Origin: a candidate division WWE3 bacterium GW2011_GWC2_41_23
GTDB taxonomy: Bacteria; Patescibacteriota; WWE3; UBA101185; UBA10185
Length of the DNA stretch: 64,000 nucleotides
Direction: 5' to 3'
Assembly (NCBI GenBank): GCA_000996895.1
Contig: LCBB01000001.1
Span: 2,542 to 66,541, forward strand
A program made the translations under genes and the position numbers. Below the pieces are notes generated by a model. It saw only the letters and a list, made by a program, of their open reading frames with translations, was not told where the DNA came from and ran no database searches. Shown here piece after piece: positions 46,813-57,177 of the stretch. The first letter of the stretch is position 1, and the number at the start of each line of letters is the position of its first letter.

Positions 46813-48071
46813 TCCTGTAGTGTAAATTCCTCGAGCTCTTTTATTCCACCGAACGCTATTCTGTCGTGAACATGCTTTTTGGCGCACAACATTCTTGCCG
46901 GCGTAATTACAAACTCTCCCCACTTATCCGTAATTTCGTCGACGGCTGAATAAAGTTTTTCTTTTCTCTCGATATCCTCAAAAAGATCAAGTTGAGTGGT
47001 GTCATTATCAAAAATATCAAACACGGACTCCGCTAATATAGCCACTACTTTTCCCGCGTAAGGTGACCTGCACATTATTCTGTAAGCTTCTTTAAAAATG
47101 TCCCGGGGATCGAAGAGAGTTTTTCCGGTAATGTGCCCGTGATGCCAATATGTCCCGTCCCGGTAGTTTATGGAAACGTGAACTCCCTTAGCTTTGTAAC
47201 CTGCTTTCCTTAGCCGGCGGGCGGTTTTCTCGACCAGTTTATATAAGATGGGGGCAAGATCTTCGTTTTTCGACAGACGATCGGGTATCGCGTAGGAATT
47301 TCCATAGCTCCGCCTTCCCCACTCCACATCATCTATTTCCCAGCCTCTTAAGCGCAAGTACCAGTAGTAGCCCGTTATAGAGCCGAAAGCGCGTTCGAGA
47401 GTTACGGACGGGGCTCGGTAAAAATCCATGACCGTGTAAATATTTTGTGTAGCAAGACGGGCGGCATTTGCCCTTTTTATCCCATGAAGCCCGGTAATTT
47501 CCAGTTTTGAGTAAACGGATTCGAAATTCGAGATGTTTATTTCTTCCAGGCCGTCGGGTTTTTTAAGACCTGCGGCTGTCTTTGCCAAAAAAATATTCGG
47601 TCCGATACCGATAGAAACCGTTATCCAATCACCGACGTCCTTTTTAATCAGTTCTTTTATTTCTAAACCGGTGCTTGTCATTCCTTTTTTAAAAGACGGG
47701 CATCCTTCGAGGTTGACTATAAATTCATCAATGGACTTTGGAATTACCACGTCCGAAAATTTGCCGAGGACAGCGCGAAGCTTTAAATGTACATCACGGT
47801 ACTTTTGTGGATCCGGAGTTAAAACAACGAGGTCGGGGGCCAAAAGTTTTCCTTCCTTTACCCGCATACCGGTTTTAACACCCAGCGACTTTGCCTCATA
47901 AGAAGCTGCGAGTATACATCCGGACAGAGTATCATAAGCCGCAACTGCCACAGGATGGCCTCTTAATTGCGGATTTGCCTGCTGTTCTATCGTGGCAAAA
48001 CATGAATTTATGTCCACCAGCATTAACGTCGGTGGTTTGGGGTTAAAAGAAAGGTTAGTCAGCTTGTCCAT
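46809..48071 (-). CDS. dinB: DNA polymerase IV (Y-family)
   Basis: MLVDINSCFATIEQQANPQLRGHPVAV (catalytic Asp, Phe steric gate) and a little-finger domain. 420 aa. Confidence 0.85.
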   Translation of the reverse strand: MDKLTNLSFNPKPPTLMLVDINSCFATIEQQANPQLRGHPVAVAAYDTLSGCILAASYEAKSLGVKTGMRVKEGKLLAPDLVVLTPDPQKYRDVHLKLRAVLGKFSDVVIPKSIDEFIVNLEGCPSFKKGMTSTGLEIKELIKKDVGDWITVSIGIGPNIFLAKTAAGLKKPDGLEEINISNFESVYSKLEITGLHGIKRANAARLATQNIYTVMDFYRAPSVTLERAFGSITGYYWYLRLRGWEIDDVEWGRRSYGNSYAIPDRLSKNEDLAPILYKLVEKTARRLRKAGYKAKGVHVSINYRDGTYWHHGHITGKTLFDPRDIFKEAYRIMCRSPYAGKVVAILAESVFDIFDNDTTQLDLFEDIERKEKLYSAVDEITDKWGEFVITPARMLCAKKHVHDRIAFGGIKELEEFTLQD

Positions 48072-48315
48072 CCGATATTTCCTCCACCTCCCAAGACAAA
48101 TTATCGGTATTCAGGACTAATTTAAAGAAAATAGTTTCAGAAGCTCCCGAAAACACGTGAAAAAGGGCCTTTCCTGCGCGCAAAGTGTGATGATAGCCCA
48201 ACTTTACTATTTGGTGCCTATGACCCTCCCAAACAACCACTGAGGGCCTAAAATCCCTTTTTTTATGGTCATAGATGGATATAACTGATACCGGCGCCTT
48301 AACTTTGGTAATCAT
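48055..48315 (-). CDS. Small hypothetical protein (86 aa) co-transcribed upstream of dinB
   Basis: Its stop overlaps the dinB start region. His-rich, beta-strand-like composition. No motif. Confidence 0.4.
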   Translation of the reverse strand: MITKVKAPVSVISIYDHKKRDFRPSVVVWEGHRHQIVKLGYHHTLRAGKALFHVFSGASETIFFKLVLNTDNLSWEVEEISDGQAD

Positions 48316-48396
48316 AGATACGAATAAAACCCGAATATTAAGTAGAGTTTAGTGTGTAAAAATCAAACAGTCAACAAAGTATATAAATACTATAAG

Positions 48397-48425
48397 TTGA
48401 CAGAGGAGAAGAAACTAGATAAAAT
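48397..48425 (+). promoter_or_regulatory. Sigma-70-type promoter for the 48459 gene
   Basis: TTGACA at 48397-48402, a 17-bp spacer, TAAAAT at 48420-48425, and an AAAGGAGG SD before ATG 48459. Confidence 0.55.
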
Positions 48426-48458
48426 GGTGACAATAAACAACAATCAAAGGAGGAGAAA

Positions 48459-48818
48459 ATGCAAGACGATCTAAGCTCGATTCACGAAAAGCTTCAGAAG
48501 ATTCAGAAGTATTGTGACGAAAGAAAATCGGAGTGGGTAGGAAACCAGCAATCCGCGGATACTTTAATCAGACTTATCACGGATACTGTGGAAAACATTG
48601 CCCCGGGAAAAATACACGTGGAACGCATGGGAAGCCACACAAATAGTGGTGTTCCTGACTACCCGGTCGTTACTTTAACAGCCAGGGTTACAGCAAACTT
48701 CTTTCCCGTTGTGTCATGGAGGATTGACGCGGGAGGAACTTTTCCCCCACCAAACCTAAGTGTGGAAGATATTGTAAAACAGGTTAACGAGGGATTGAAA
48801 AATATTCGTCTGGATTAA
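48459..48818 (+). CDS. Hypothetical protein (119 aa)
   Basis: Strong SD and promoter. No motif. Confidence 0.45.
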   Translation: MQDDLSSIHEKLQKIQKYCDERKSEWVGNQQSADTLIRLITDTVENIAPGKIHVERMGSHTNSGVPDYPVVTLTARVTANFFPVVSWRIDAGGTFPPPNLSVEDIVKQVNEGLKNIRLD

Positions 48819-48880
48819 CCAAATTGGCCTCAATGCATGGAAATCACAACAGATTTCTTATTGCACCGAGGCCTTTCTTT

Positions 48881-49597
48881 TTAGTCTCTAGAAAACAAAC
48901 GCGCCAACCAACCGAACAATGAAAACCCACTTTCCTGTGCACTTAATTGGTTGTTTATAATCGTGTTTTGATTTTCAATTGAACCGGAAAGTGCGTCTAA
49001 AGCTTGTTGTTCTTCCGGGGTTAACGCCTCGTTTCGAACTTGTTGTATCTGCTCGAGCATCCTCGTATTGGCTTCAATAATTTCCTGAAGTTTTCTTATA
49101 GATTCAAGGTTAGGCCCTACCAAGAATTTAATAACACCGTCTCTTTCAGAGATTCTTTTAAATTGCTCCGTTGACTCTTCCTGTAAATCTTTTTGGGATT
49201 CGACAAAATTTTCTAACTCACCTTTTAAATCCTCATCTTCATCGTCAATTTCATCGCCATCCTCATCTTCATCCTCATCCTCATCAATATCGTCTAGCTC
49301 GTCATCGTCTTCAAGTTCGTCGGAATCATCGGAATCATCCTCATCAATATCGTCAATCTCATCGTCATCATCTGAACCATCGCTGTCTTCTGAATCTTCA
49401 TGTTCTTCTCGATCATCATCATCAGACAAAACACTAGCACGATTCTCGGCCAATGCTTTGGAAAGTCTGTAGGTACCATAAAAACTACCCGAAAAAACTA
49501 ACATCAAGCCAAGTACTAAAAGGAAGGAAATACTATATATAGATATTGAATTTTTGGATTTACTAGTCTGCATTTGAGAATTCTGGGTGATTTTCAT
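48881..49597 (-). CDS. Membrane-anchored protein with an extremely acidic D/E repeat region
   Basis: TM anchor ISIYSISFLLVLGLMLVF, then about 80 residues that are almost entirely Asp/Glu in DDDDEIDDIDEDDSDDSDELEDDDELDDIDEDEDEDEDGDEIDDEDED-type repeats, then a helical tail. Confidence 0.5.
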   Translation of the reverse strand: MKITQNSQMQTSKSKNSISIYSISFLLVLGLMLVFSGSFYGTYRLSKALAENRASVLSDDDDREEHEDSEDSDGSDDDDEIDDIDEDDSDDSDELEDDDELDDIDEDEDEDEDGDEIDDEDEDLKGELENFVESQKDLQEESTEQFKRISERDGVIKFLVGPNLESIRKLQEIIEANTRMLEQIQQVRNEALTPEEQQALDALSGSIENQNTIINNQLSAQESGFSLFGWLARLFSRD

Positions 49598-49639
49598 CTA
49601 TGTGTCAAATTGCCAAAGTTTTGTTTTGTCAAAGCTTGC

Positions 49640-50845
49640 TTACTTTGTTAAAACTACTGCGTTTGGCAAACTTCTGCCCGGTCCGACAACATACTTGCCA
49701 CTTATATACATTGCAGACGAGCCGCCCCCGTCAAGATTTAATGCGTGTTTTGCGCCTAGCGACCTTATAACATAGGCAGCATCAATGACGTTGGCTCCGC
49801 TAACTATTGCCAGGTATAAATTTTCCCCTCCTACACCTATAACTCCCCTTGGACCTTTTATGTCTTTTTGGAAAGAAGTAAGATCATCTTCGTCGACCAC
49901 AATGTCCCCGTCTTTAACAAGTGACGGGTAGTTAGAAATTCCGGCAGTAACTCCTCCGCCGCCGTAATCGGAAGTTTCTCTATAAAAAGAAGGATCTCTT
50001 CCGTTAAATGTAATGAGCCCCGTCTCAAACCACGATAAGGCGTCTTTGTGCTCCCACTTACCCTCGTTGCTATCGTACAGGGCAAAATCGAAGGAGTTTA
50101 TCTTACCGTCACACGACGCATAGTCAGGCGGACAAAAATAGGATCCGTTCATTCCCGCAAATCCTCCGCTATCTTTGACGTAATCGGCAAGACTTTTGGT
50201 GTCACAGTCATTACTGCAGGAGCCGGATGAAGCTGAAACCGTTTTTACTTTTACTTCATTTAAAGGGAGTTTAATTACGTGTGCACCGAACGTACCTCTT
50301 TCTGTTTGCACGGTCTGATAACTATATCCGGACGCCGCTACTCTTGTTTGCTCCAGTTTCGTTAGATAAGCCGAGTAATCTTTATCTAAATCGGCGGTTT
50401 GTTCATTTATTCCCGTCGTTATAGAAGCAAAATCCTTCTCTATTAAAAAATCCCCCCATGCGTCCTTTTGTTCGGTAAGGTCGGGGGACTTCAGACCGGC
50501 TTTTAAGTTTCTGTTTATTTTTTGTTCGAGTACTAAAAGTGAATCGTACACATCTTTTATCGTTTTCTCATCGGAAGTATCTTTCGCTTTCAGTGTATCC
50601 AGTTCTTTTTGTAGAGATGCAAAAGAGGCTTCGGTGACCATGGCATTTGTAACTTTCAAGTGATCTTCAAACAGGGCGTCTGAAAAGTTTTCACGCAAGT
50701 TGGTTTGGGACGATTTAATAGCAGACAGTGATTTTTCAGTGCTGTCGAGTCGGAAATTTAAATATACTAGCCCCCCTACAAGAATCAAGGAAATTAATAA
50801 AAAACTCGGAAATTTTAACTTTTTAAAAATGGACAGTATCTTCAC
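49640..50845 (-). CDS. Membrane-anchored protein with a C-terminal phosphodiester-glycosidase-like (DUF2233/NAGPA-like) domain
   Basis: TM anchor, a long coiled-coil, then C-terminal ALNLDGGGSSAMY (the NLDGGGS motif of DUF2233-type domains). Confidence 0.5.
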   Translation of the reverse strand: MKILSIFKKLKFPSFLLISLILVGGLVYLNFRLDSTEKSLSAIKSSQTNLRENFSDALFEDHLKVTNAMVTEASFASLQKELDTLKAKDTSDEKTIKDVYDSLLVLEQKINRNLKAGLKSPDLTEQKDAWGDFLIEKDFASITTGINEQTADLDKDYSAYLTKLEQTRVAASGYSYQTVQTERGTFGAHVIKLPLNEVKVKTVSASSGSCSNDCDTKSLADYVKDSGGFAGMNGSYFCPPDYASCDGKINSFDFALYDSNEGKWEHKDALSWFETGLITFNGRDPSFYRETSDYGGGGVTAGISNYPSLVKDGDIVVDEDDLTSFQKDIKGPRGVIGVGGENLYLAIVSGANVIDAAYVIRSLGAKHALNLDGGGSSAMYISGKYVVGPGRSLPNAVVLTK

Positions 50846-50891
50846 CCATCAAATTATAGCAACGGGCATGATTTCCTGTATATAATTAGGC

Positions 50892-52262
50892 ATGCCCGTC
50901 GAAACTTTAGAATCTTTAACTGAACAGGAACCGTCCTACGTACAACTTGTTGAGACATTGACCCCTGAACAAATAGAAACATCACGAGAAAAAGCCGGAA
51001 ATTACTTATATGAAAATGGTGCTCATTCCGCAGGTAAACGCGCAACTGACATACTATCCGTAGTCAAAGAAGCTTCCGATAAAATGCGCACGGAAAGTGC
51101 GGAAGCCAAGATAAAATTCACAGTTGCGAATGTGAGAGGCCTTATAGCGGAAATGATCAGTAAGAAGCTGGATCTTTCTGAGTGTGAAACTGTATTCAAA
51201 CTAAAAGAATTTTTACCCCAAAGCGTAGCCATTGATCCATACGACCATTATATAGATATGGGCGGTTTGAGAAAGGACGCCATTCTTGTAAACAATTTTT
51301 TTGAGACCGGGGTACAGGATACTCTTCCCAAAGAAGGCGAGTCGGGTTACATAACCCCGGATGAATTAAACACATTGAAAAAAGACACTATAACAGCTCT
51401 TGTTGATTACGAAAATATTGAAAAAAGGATGAACGTGAAAAATACCGGTAGGGACCAGTTAATAAGGTGGCACATCCAAAATCATGGTCATTATCTGGGT
51501 GGTAAAAAAACTAAAACACAAAATAAATTGTTATCTGATGCGCTCTCTGTTACGGATAGGCGTGATACCACAACTCTTAAAACTCTCATCGAAAACCATG
51601 CCGAACCCGCATACGTTGCTACAACTCTTCCGGATGAGTTCTTAGAAGACGCCGAAGGTAAAATAATAGGAGTAATCGAGGTAAAAGCTTATACGCCCTC
51701 TGAGGTAAAAGATTGGATAAATGCTCTCAAATTAAGCACCGTGCAGGAATTTAACACTTTTGGACTTTCAGAACAGGAAAAAAGCGACAGGGCGGCCGAT
51801 GCAGCTCTTTACGACAGAAGAGGCTCTCAGGTAAATATATTAGGTAAAGATATGAACCCTACAGGAATGAGGTTAGGCGTAAATTTTGAAGGCCTTAGGT
51901 ATTTTATAAACGTAGCGAATAACGAAGCGCCTCACTCGGCATTAAAAGTTAACGTAGATTTAATAAACGACGAAACAGCGGAGGTAGTTCAAAAAGAGAT
52001 AGACCTTGAATATCCGGTCATAGTCCGTCTTCCGCAGGACATACCGAACGAAGATATACTGGAGCTCGGTGCCGTTCTGGAGAAACTGAGTATTTCTAAC
52101 ATCGCCATTCAAAAACTGCCTTTCACCTCGCAGGAAATAAACGAAAAAGGATTCGGCGTATATCACCGATTCGGGGATACCAAAGAAATGGAAAGATTGA
52201 AAAGAAGTATTGATCCGAACGTTACTTTCGCGTTAAACCGCAGACCCGCCTGGGTGGAATAA
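50892..52262 (+). CDS. Hypothetical soluble protein (456 aa)
   Basis: Long uninterrupted ORF with no recognised motif. Confidence 0.5.
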   Translation: MPVETLESLTEQEPSYVQLVETLTPEQIETSREKAGNYLYENGAHSAGKRATDILSVVKEASDKMRTESAEAKIKFTVANVRGLIAEMISKKLDLSECETVFKLKEFLPQSVAIDPYDHYIDMGGLRKDAILVNNFFETGVQDTLPKEGESGYITPDELNTLKKDTITALVDYENIEKRMNVKNTGRDQLIRWHIQNHGHYLGGKKTKTQNKLLSDALSVTDRRDTTTLKTLIENHAEPAYVATTLPDEFLEDAEGKIIGVIEVKAYTPSEVKDWINALKLSTVQEFNTFGLSEQEKSDRAADAALYDRRGSQVNILGKDMNPTGMRLGVNFEGLRYFINVANNEAPHSALKVNVDLINDETAEVVQKEIDLEYPVIVRLPQDIPNEDILELGAVLEKLSISNIAIQKLPFTSQEINEKGFGVYHRFGDTKEMERLKRSIDPNVTFALNRRPAWVE

Positions 52263-52303
52263 TTCTCATTAAGCCTCAGCTAATTCTCAGTAAAAAGTCT
52301 ATA

Positions 52304-52993
52304 ATGCCGTATATGCGCTTACTTGTAGTAGAAGACGAGCATAAAATCGCCAATTCAATTAAGAAGGGCTTGGAGCAGGAAACCTACTCTGTTGATGTTT
52401 CTTATGACGGTTCAGATGGTTATGACCTTGCCTCTACAGAAGAGTACGACGCAATCGTGCTTGATCTGATGCTACCTGGGATGAACGGTCTTGAAATATG
52501 TCAAAAACTAAGAGAACAAAAAATTCACACGCCGATACTTATGCTGACCGCAAAAAGTGAGCTTGAAGATAAAATCTCAGGATTGAACAACGGAGCCGAT
52601 GACTATTTAACAAAACCGTTCGCCTTCGAAGAACTCTTGGCAAGAATTAGGGCTTTACTAAGACGCCCGTCTGCAACTCTACAAACAATCTTAAAATTTC
52701 AGGATTTAACTCTCGACACCACCAACTTTGATGTAATCAGAAACAAAACTAAAATTGTCCTTTCTAAAAAAGAGTTTTCACTTTTAGAGTATTTGATGCG
52801 TAATCCGGGAAAGGTTCTTACAAAAGAAAATCTTGCAAATCATGTTTGGGATTATGACTCGGATATTCTTCCGAATACAATCGAGCAGTACGTGGGATAT
52901 CTGAGAAATAAAATTGATAAACCGTTTCCAAACAAAAAACCGTTAATTAACACTGTAAGAGGTTTTGGTTATAAACTGGGAACTGATAACTAA
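52304..52993 (+). CDS. OmpR-family response regulator
   Basis: Receiver domain (LLVVEDE...DLMLPGMNG...MLTAK) and a winged-helix trans_reg_C domain (TVRGFGYKL). Confidence 0.9.
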   Translation: MPYMRLLVVEDEHKIANSIKKGLEQETYSVDVSYDGSDGYDLASTEEYDAIVLDLMLPGMNGLEICQKLREQKIHTPILMLTAKSELEDKISGLNNGADDYLTKPFAFEELLARIRALLRRPSATLQTILKFQDLTLDTTNFDVIRNKTKIVLSKKEFSLLEYLMRNPGKVLTKENLANHVWDYDSDILPNTIEQYVGYLRNKIDKPFPNKKPLINTVRGFGYKLGTDN

Positions 52994-54024
52994 TGTTTAA
53001 ACAAGCAAGGATAAAACTCACTTTGTGGTACGTGGCTATTTTGATGGTAGTAACGGTAAGTTTTAGCTTTTTTGTTTATGCAAGCGTCGACAGCGTAACT
53101 TCAAGAGCGCTGGAAAGCCAGAAACTAAGAATAGAGCGCCAGTACAATAACAATTGGGGTATGAACCGGATGACCCCGCCCCCTCTTCCCCATTTTAACA
53201 CCGAAACATTGATGGAAATACGTCAGAAGACTGTGAACTTGCTAATCGTTCTGAACATAACGATACTTTTTCTATCCGCAGCTCTTTCCTACTTTCTTGC
53301 CGGAAAAACTCTAAAACCGATTGAGGAAACGGTAAAAAAACAGAAAAGATTTATTTCCGATGCTGCTCACGAAATAAAAACTCCCTTAACAGCTATGAAA
53401 ACGGAGTTAGAAGTTACAATACGAGACAAAAACTTTAAAAATGAGGAAGTTAAAGAAACTTTAAAAAACTCAATTGAAGAGGTCGACAAACTCAACGAAC
53501 TGACAGAACGTCTACTCACTTTAAGTAAATATCAAGCGCTAAACGGGACCGGAAAAAAAGAAAAACTAAACCTTAAGGAATTGCTCTCAAAAATTGTTAC
53601 TAAATATAATAAGGTCGCTAAAAGTAAGGGCTTTGAAATAGAATTTTTACCGGCTGATGCTTCTATTTTAGGATCTCGCGAAGAAATTGACAGACTGTTC
53701 GGTAATTTAATGGACAACGCAGTTAAATATAACTCGGGTAAGAAAAACGTTGAAGTAGAAATGGTTACAAAATCAGGACACGCTGCTGTACGTGTTTCAA
53801 ACGAAAGCCCGGAGATAAAAGAAAAGGACACCTCTCTCATTTTTGAACCTTTCTATAGAGCTGAAGAATCAAGGAATAAACACCGCGCGGGTGGCGTCGG
53901 ATTAGGACTTTCTATTGTCAAAGAAATCGTCTTAGGGCACAAAGGCAAAATAGAAGTTAGGAATGAAAGAGAAAATGTGGTTTCTTTTGTAGTTACTCTG
54001 CCCCTCTCAGACAATTCTCAGTAA
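52993..54024 (+). CDS. Sensor histidine kinase
   Basis: Two TM helices, H-box AAHEIKTPLTAM, N-box LMDNAVKY, and G-boxes GGVGLGLSIVKEIV. Confidence 0.85.
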   Translation: MFKQARIKLTLWYVAILMVVTVSFSFFVYASVDSVTSRALESQKLRIERQYNNNWGMNRMTPPPLPHFNTETLMEIRQKTVNLLIVLNITILFLSAALSYFLAGKTLKPIEETVKKQKRFISDAAHEIKTPLTAMKTELEVTIRDKNFKNEEVKETLKNSIEEVDKLNELTERLLTLSKYQALNGTGKKEKLNLKELLSKIVTKYNKVAKSKGFEIEFLPADASILGSREEIDRLFGNLMDNAVKYNSGKKNVEVEMVTKSGHAAVRVSNESPEIKEKDTSLIFEPFYRAEESRNKHRAGGVGLGLSIVKEIVLGHKGKIEVRNERENVVSFVVTLPLSDNSQ

Positions 54025-54043
54025 TTTATATTAATTTTTTAAA

Positions 54044-55276
54044 ATGAGCAAAGCTATGAAATACATCAAACAACATAAAATTGTTTTCGCACTTATCTTG
54101 TTAATTCCTATAATTATTTTCACAGGCCAATATTATTTAAATAAAAGCTCGGTGGAAATCTCGTCTTCTCAACAAATACAAACAGAGGTGAAAAAAGGAA
54201 ATATCAGTTCTACTGTTTCAGCTTCAGGTCAAATAGAAACAGCAAATTATTTGGCTATCACAACCAGCGTCAACGGTATAGTCAAGAAAGTTTATGTTAA
54301 AGAGGGCGACATAGTTAAAAAGGGTCAAAAAATAATTGAAGTTACATTGGACTCGGAGGGAGAGATAAGTTTAGCAAACGCCTACGCCTCCTATCTAAGG
54401 GCTAAGAACGCTTTAGACTCTGCAAAAAACTCACTCATTCCCCTTGAATCGGCTGTTATTCAAAAAGAAGAGGCGTTTGATACTGAGAAAGAAGAAAATA
54501 GCTATCAGTCCCACGATGAGAGAATTTCTTATAAATTAGCCGAAAACGACTATTTTACCGCTAAGAATAACTATGAATCCAAAAAAAACGAACTTACTCA
54601 ATTACAAATTTCGGCAAACAGTGCCTGGAATGAATACCAGTCGCAATCTCCTGTAATTACGGCAAGTTACGACGGTTATATTGCGAACATTGTTGCAGTG
54701 GAAGGTACCAGAATCGAGAACTCTGTGTCCGAAAGATCAGTACAAACTGTAGCCTCGATAAAAATCGAAGGAACCCCGATTGCTGTACTGAACATAACCG
54801 AACTCGATATAAACAATATCAAAGTAGGCCAAAAGGCAAAAATATTACTAAACAGCGTACGAGATGAGACTTTCACCGGTACCGTTGTCGGAATCGATAA
54901 AATAGGCTCTCTCACAGGCGGAGTTTCAAACTACCCGGTAATCATTAAATTCGATCAAAACACTGATAAAGCACTACCCAACATGGGCGTGGAGGCAGAC
55001 ATTATTTTGGAAAGCAAAGAAGGGATTTTGTATGTTCCTACCGCAGCTGTGAAATCTACGAAAAACGGAAAAGCGGTCACTGTAGTGGCAAACGGACAAC
55101 AAATTAATACTGCCGTAAAAACCGGTATTTCAGATTCCTCTAATACAGAAATACTAGAAGGTTTAAATGAAGGCGACGTTGTTTTAATGGAAACCTTACC
55201 CACCTCCGGGTTTTCCACAAATAGTCAGGTACAGTTTAGAGGTGTCGGAGGAGTCGTCCCTTTCGGAGGAAGATAA
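54044..55276 (+). CDS. HlyD-family periplasmic adaptor (MFP) of the ABC efflux system
   Basis: TM anchor, coiled-coil, and beta-barrel/lipoyl-like segments. 410 aa. Confidence 0.7.
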   Translation: MSKAMKYIKQHKIVFALILLIPIIIFTGQYYLNKSSVEISSSQQIQTEVKKGNISSTVSASGQIETANYLAITTSVNGIVKKVYVKEGDIVKKGQKIIEVTLDSEGEISLANAYASYLRAKNALDSAKNSLIPLESAVIQKEEAFDTEKEENSYQSHDERISYKLAENDYFTAKNNYESKKNELTQLQISANSAWNEYQSQSPVITASYDGYIANIVAVEGTRIENSVSERSVQTVASIKIEGTPIAVLNITELDINNIKVGQKAKILLNSVRDETFTGTVVGIDKIGSLTGGVSNYPVIIKFDQNTDKALPNMGVEADIILESKEGILYVPTAAVKSTKNGKAVTVVANGQQINTAVKTGISDSSNTEILEGLNEGDVVLMETLPTSGFSTNSQVQFRGVGGVVPFGGR

Positions 55277-55957
55277 GTGATAAGAGTTAAGGACGTAACA
55301 AAAGTATACGAAAATGACGGTACCGTAACCGAAGCCTTATCGGGAGTGACGTTTAACGTAGATAGGGGTGAGTTTGTTGCAATAGTAGGCCCCTCTGGTT
55401 CCGGAAAATCCACGCTGATGCACATTCTGGGAGCTTTAGACATTCCGACATCGGGAGAATACATATTAAACGACAGCGTGGTTCAAAACCTTTCTGACGA
55501 CAGACTTGCCGAAATCAGAAACAACGAAATCGGCTTTATATTTCAGTCCTATAACTTACTTCCCCGTATGTCTGCACTAAAAAACGTTATTTTACCCATG
55601 ATGTACGCCGGAATCGGCAAAGCCGAGAGAACAAAACGCGCCATGGAAGTGCTGAAAGAACTGGATCTTGAAGATAAAATTAACAATGCACCGAATCAAC
55701 TTTCAGGCGGCCAAAGACAGCGCGTAGCAATAGCACGGGCTTTAACAATGAACCCTAGTATTTTATTGGCAGACGAACCGACCGGCAACTTACCCACTCT
55801 GCAAAGTGACGAAATAATTTCCCTATTTGAAAAATTAAATAAAAGTGGAAGGACAGTTTTAATTATTACTCATAACGATGAGATAGCCGCAAGAGCGCAA
55901 AGGGTTATTACTTTAGTAGACGGAAAAATTGTAAAAGATGAAAGGAAGCGCAAATGA
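55277..55957 (+). CDS. ABC transporter ATP-binding protein (MacB type)
   Basis: [29 protein letters not shown] and [10 protein letters not shown]. Paralogous to 30677-31348. Confidence 0.9.
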   Translation: MIRVKDVTKVYENDGTVTEALSGVTFNVDRGEFVAIVGPSGSGKSTLMHILGALDIPTSGEYILNDSVVQNLSDDRLAEIRNNEIGFIFQSYNLLPRMSALKNVILPMMYAGIGKAERTKRAMEVLKELDLEDKINNAPNQLSGGQRQRVAIARALTMNPSILLADEPTGNLPTLQSDEIISLFEKLNKSGRTVLIITHNDEIAARAQRVITLVDGKIVKDERKRK

Positions 55958-57177
55958 CTTTTCTAGAAACACTGGAAGAAAGCGTTTCAGTATTAAAAGT
56001 AAATAGAATGAGAACTTTGCTATCCATTCTTGGCATCGTTATAGGTATCGGTTCCGTGATAGCACTTATGACACTGGGAGAAGCAACGCAGCGTTCTATT
56101 ACAGATAGAATCCAATCTCTCGGGGCCAATTTATTAACAATAAGGCCAGGAAGTCAACAGCAAGGATTTCTAAAAATGAACTCAACCGAAAACACGTCAC
56201 TTAAATTTGACGACGCTTTAGCCATTCAAGAGTCACCGCGTATTACTACTGTTTCCGACGTGTCTGCCGAATATAGCTCAAGATCACAGGTCTCGTTTGA
56301 AAGAAATAATACAAACGTTCAGGTTACAGGGGTTTCCGGAAATTATTTCGAAATAAGAAATATTAGTATTGAAATAGGTAGTTCTTTCGGACCGTCAGCC
56401 AGCGACAATTATGAAAAAGTCGCTGTATTAGGCCCGACGGTAGTTGAAGATTTGTTCGGAGAAAACGCAAACCCGATAGGGCAAAGCGTTAGAATAGGAA
56501 GTTCTACGTTCAAAGTTGTGGGTGTTACAAAATCCAGCGGAACCGGAGGATTTAGCGGGTCGGATGAGGCAGTATATGTTCCTCTCACTGTTGCCCAGGA
56601 CATAATTTTTGGAAAAGATTATGTGAGCGCTGTATATGTTGTGGCAAAAGATCAAACCGTAATTGACGCGGCTCTTAACCAAGTCGGGTTTTTCTTGTTG
56701 GAAAGACATAGTAAAGAAAATGTTGAAGATGCCGATTTCTCGATAACATCTCAAGAACAAATTATTGAAACAGTCAGCGAAGTAACCGGAACTTTTACTA
56801 CCTTACTCACAGGAATTGCCGCAATTTCGTTGGTCGTGGGTGGTATTGGAATTATGAACATAATGCTTGTCACGGTTACCGAGAGAACTCGTGAGATAGG
56901 GTTGAGAAAGTCGCTCGGGGCCAAAAGAAAAGCAATAGTAATGCAATTTCTGACCGAATCGATAATTCTGACAATCATAGGGGGATTAATAGGCGTTTTA
57001 ATCGGCCTTGGTGTTTCCATGATTATTACCTCGAAGATGTCTCTCCCGACAACGATATCCGTGGGTTCGATATTTTTATCCGTAGGAGTTGCCACGGTTA
57101 TCGGAATTTTATTTGGTTGGTATCCTGCAAGAAAAGCTTCAAAATTGCAACCTATCGAGGCTTTAAGGTATGAATAA
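55954..57177 (+). CDS. ABC transporter permease, MacB/FtsX type
   Basis: Same architecture as 29499-30692 (GIMNIMLVTVTERTREIGLRKSLGA). Confidence 0.85.
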   Translation: MTFLETLEESVSVLKVNRMRTLLSILGIVIGIGSVIALMTLGEATQRSITDRIQSLGANLLTIRPGSQQQGFLKMNSTENTSLKFDDALAIQESPRITTVSDVSAEYSSRSQVSFERNNTNVQVTGVSGNYFEIRNISIEIGSSFGPSASDNYEKVAVLGPTVVEDLFGENANPIGQSVRIGSSTFKVVGVTKSSGTGGFSGSDEAVYVPLTVAQDIIFGKDYVSAVYVVAKDQTVIDAALNQVGFFLLERHSKENVEDADFSITSQEQIIETVSEVTGTFTTLLTGIAAISLVVGGIGIMNIMLVTVTERTREIGLRKSLGAKRKAIVMQFLTESIILTIIGGLIGVLIGLGVSMIITSKMSLPTTISVGSIFLSVGVATVIGILFGWYPARKASKLQPIEALRYE

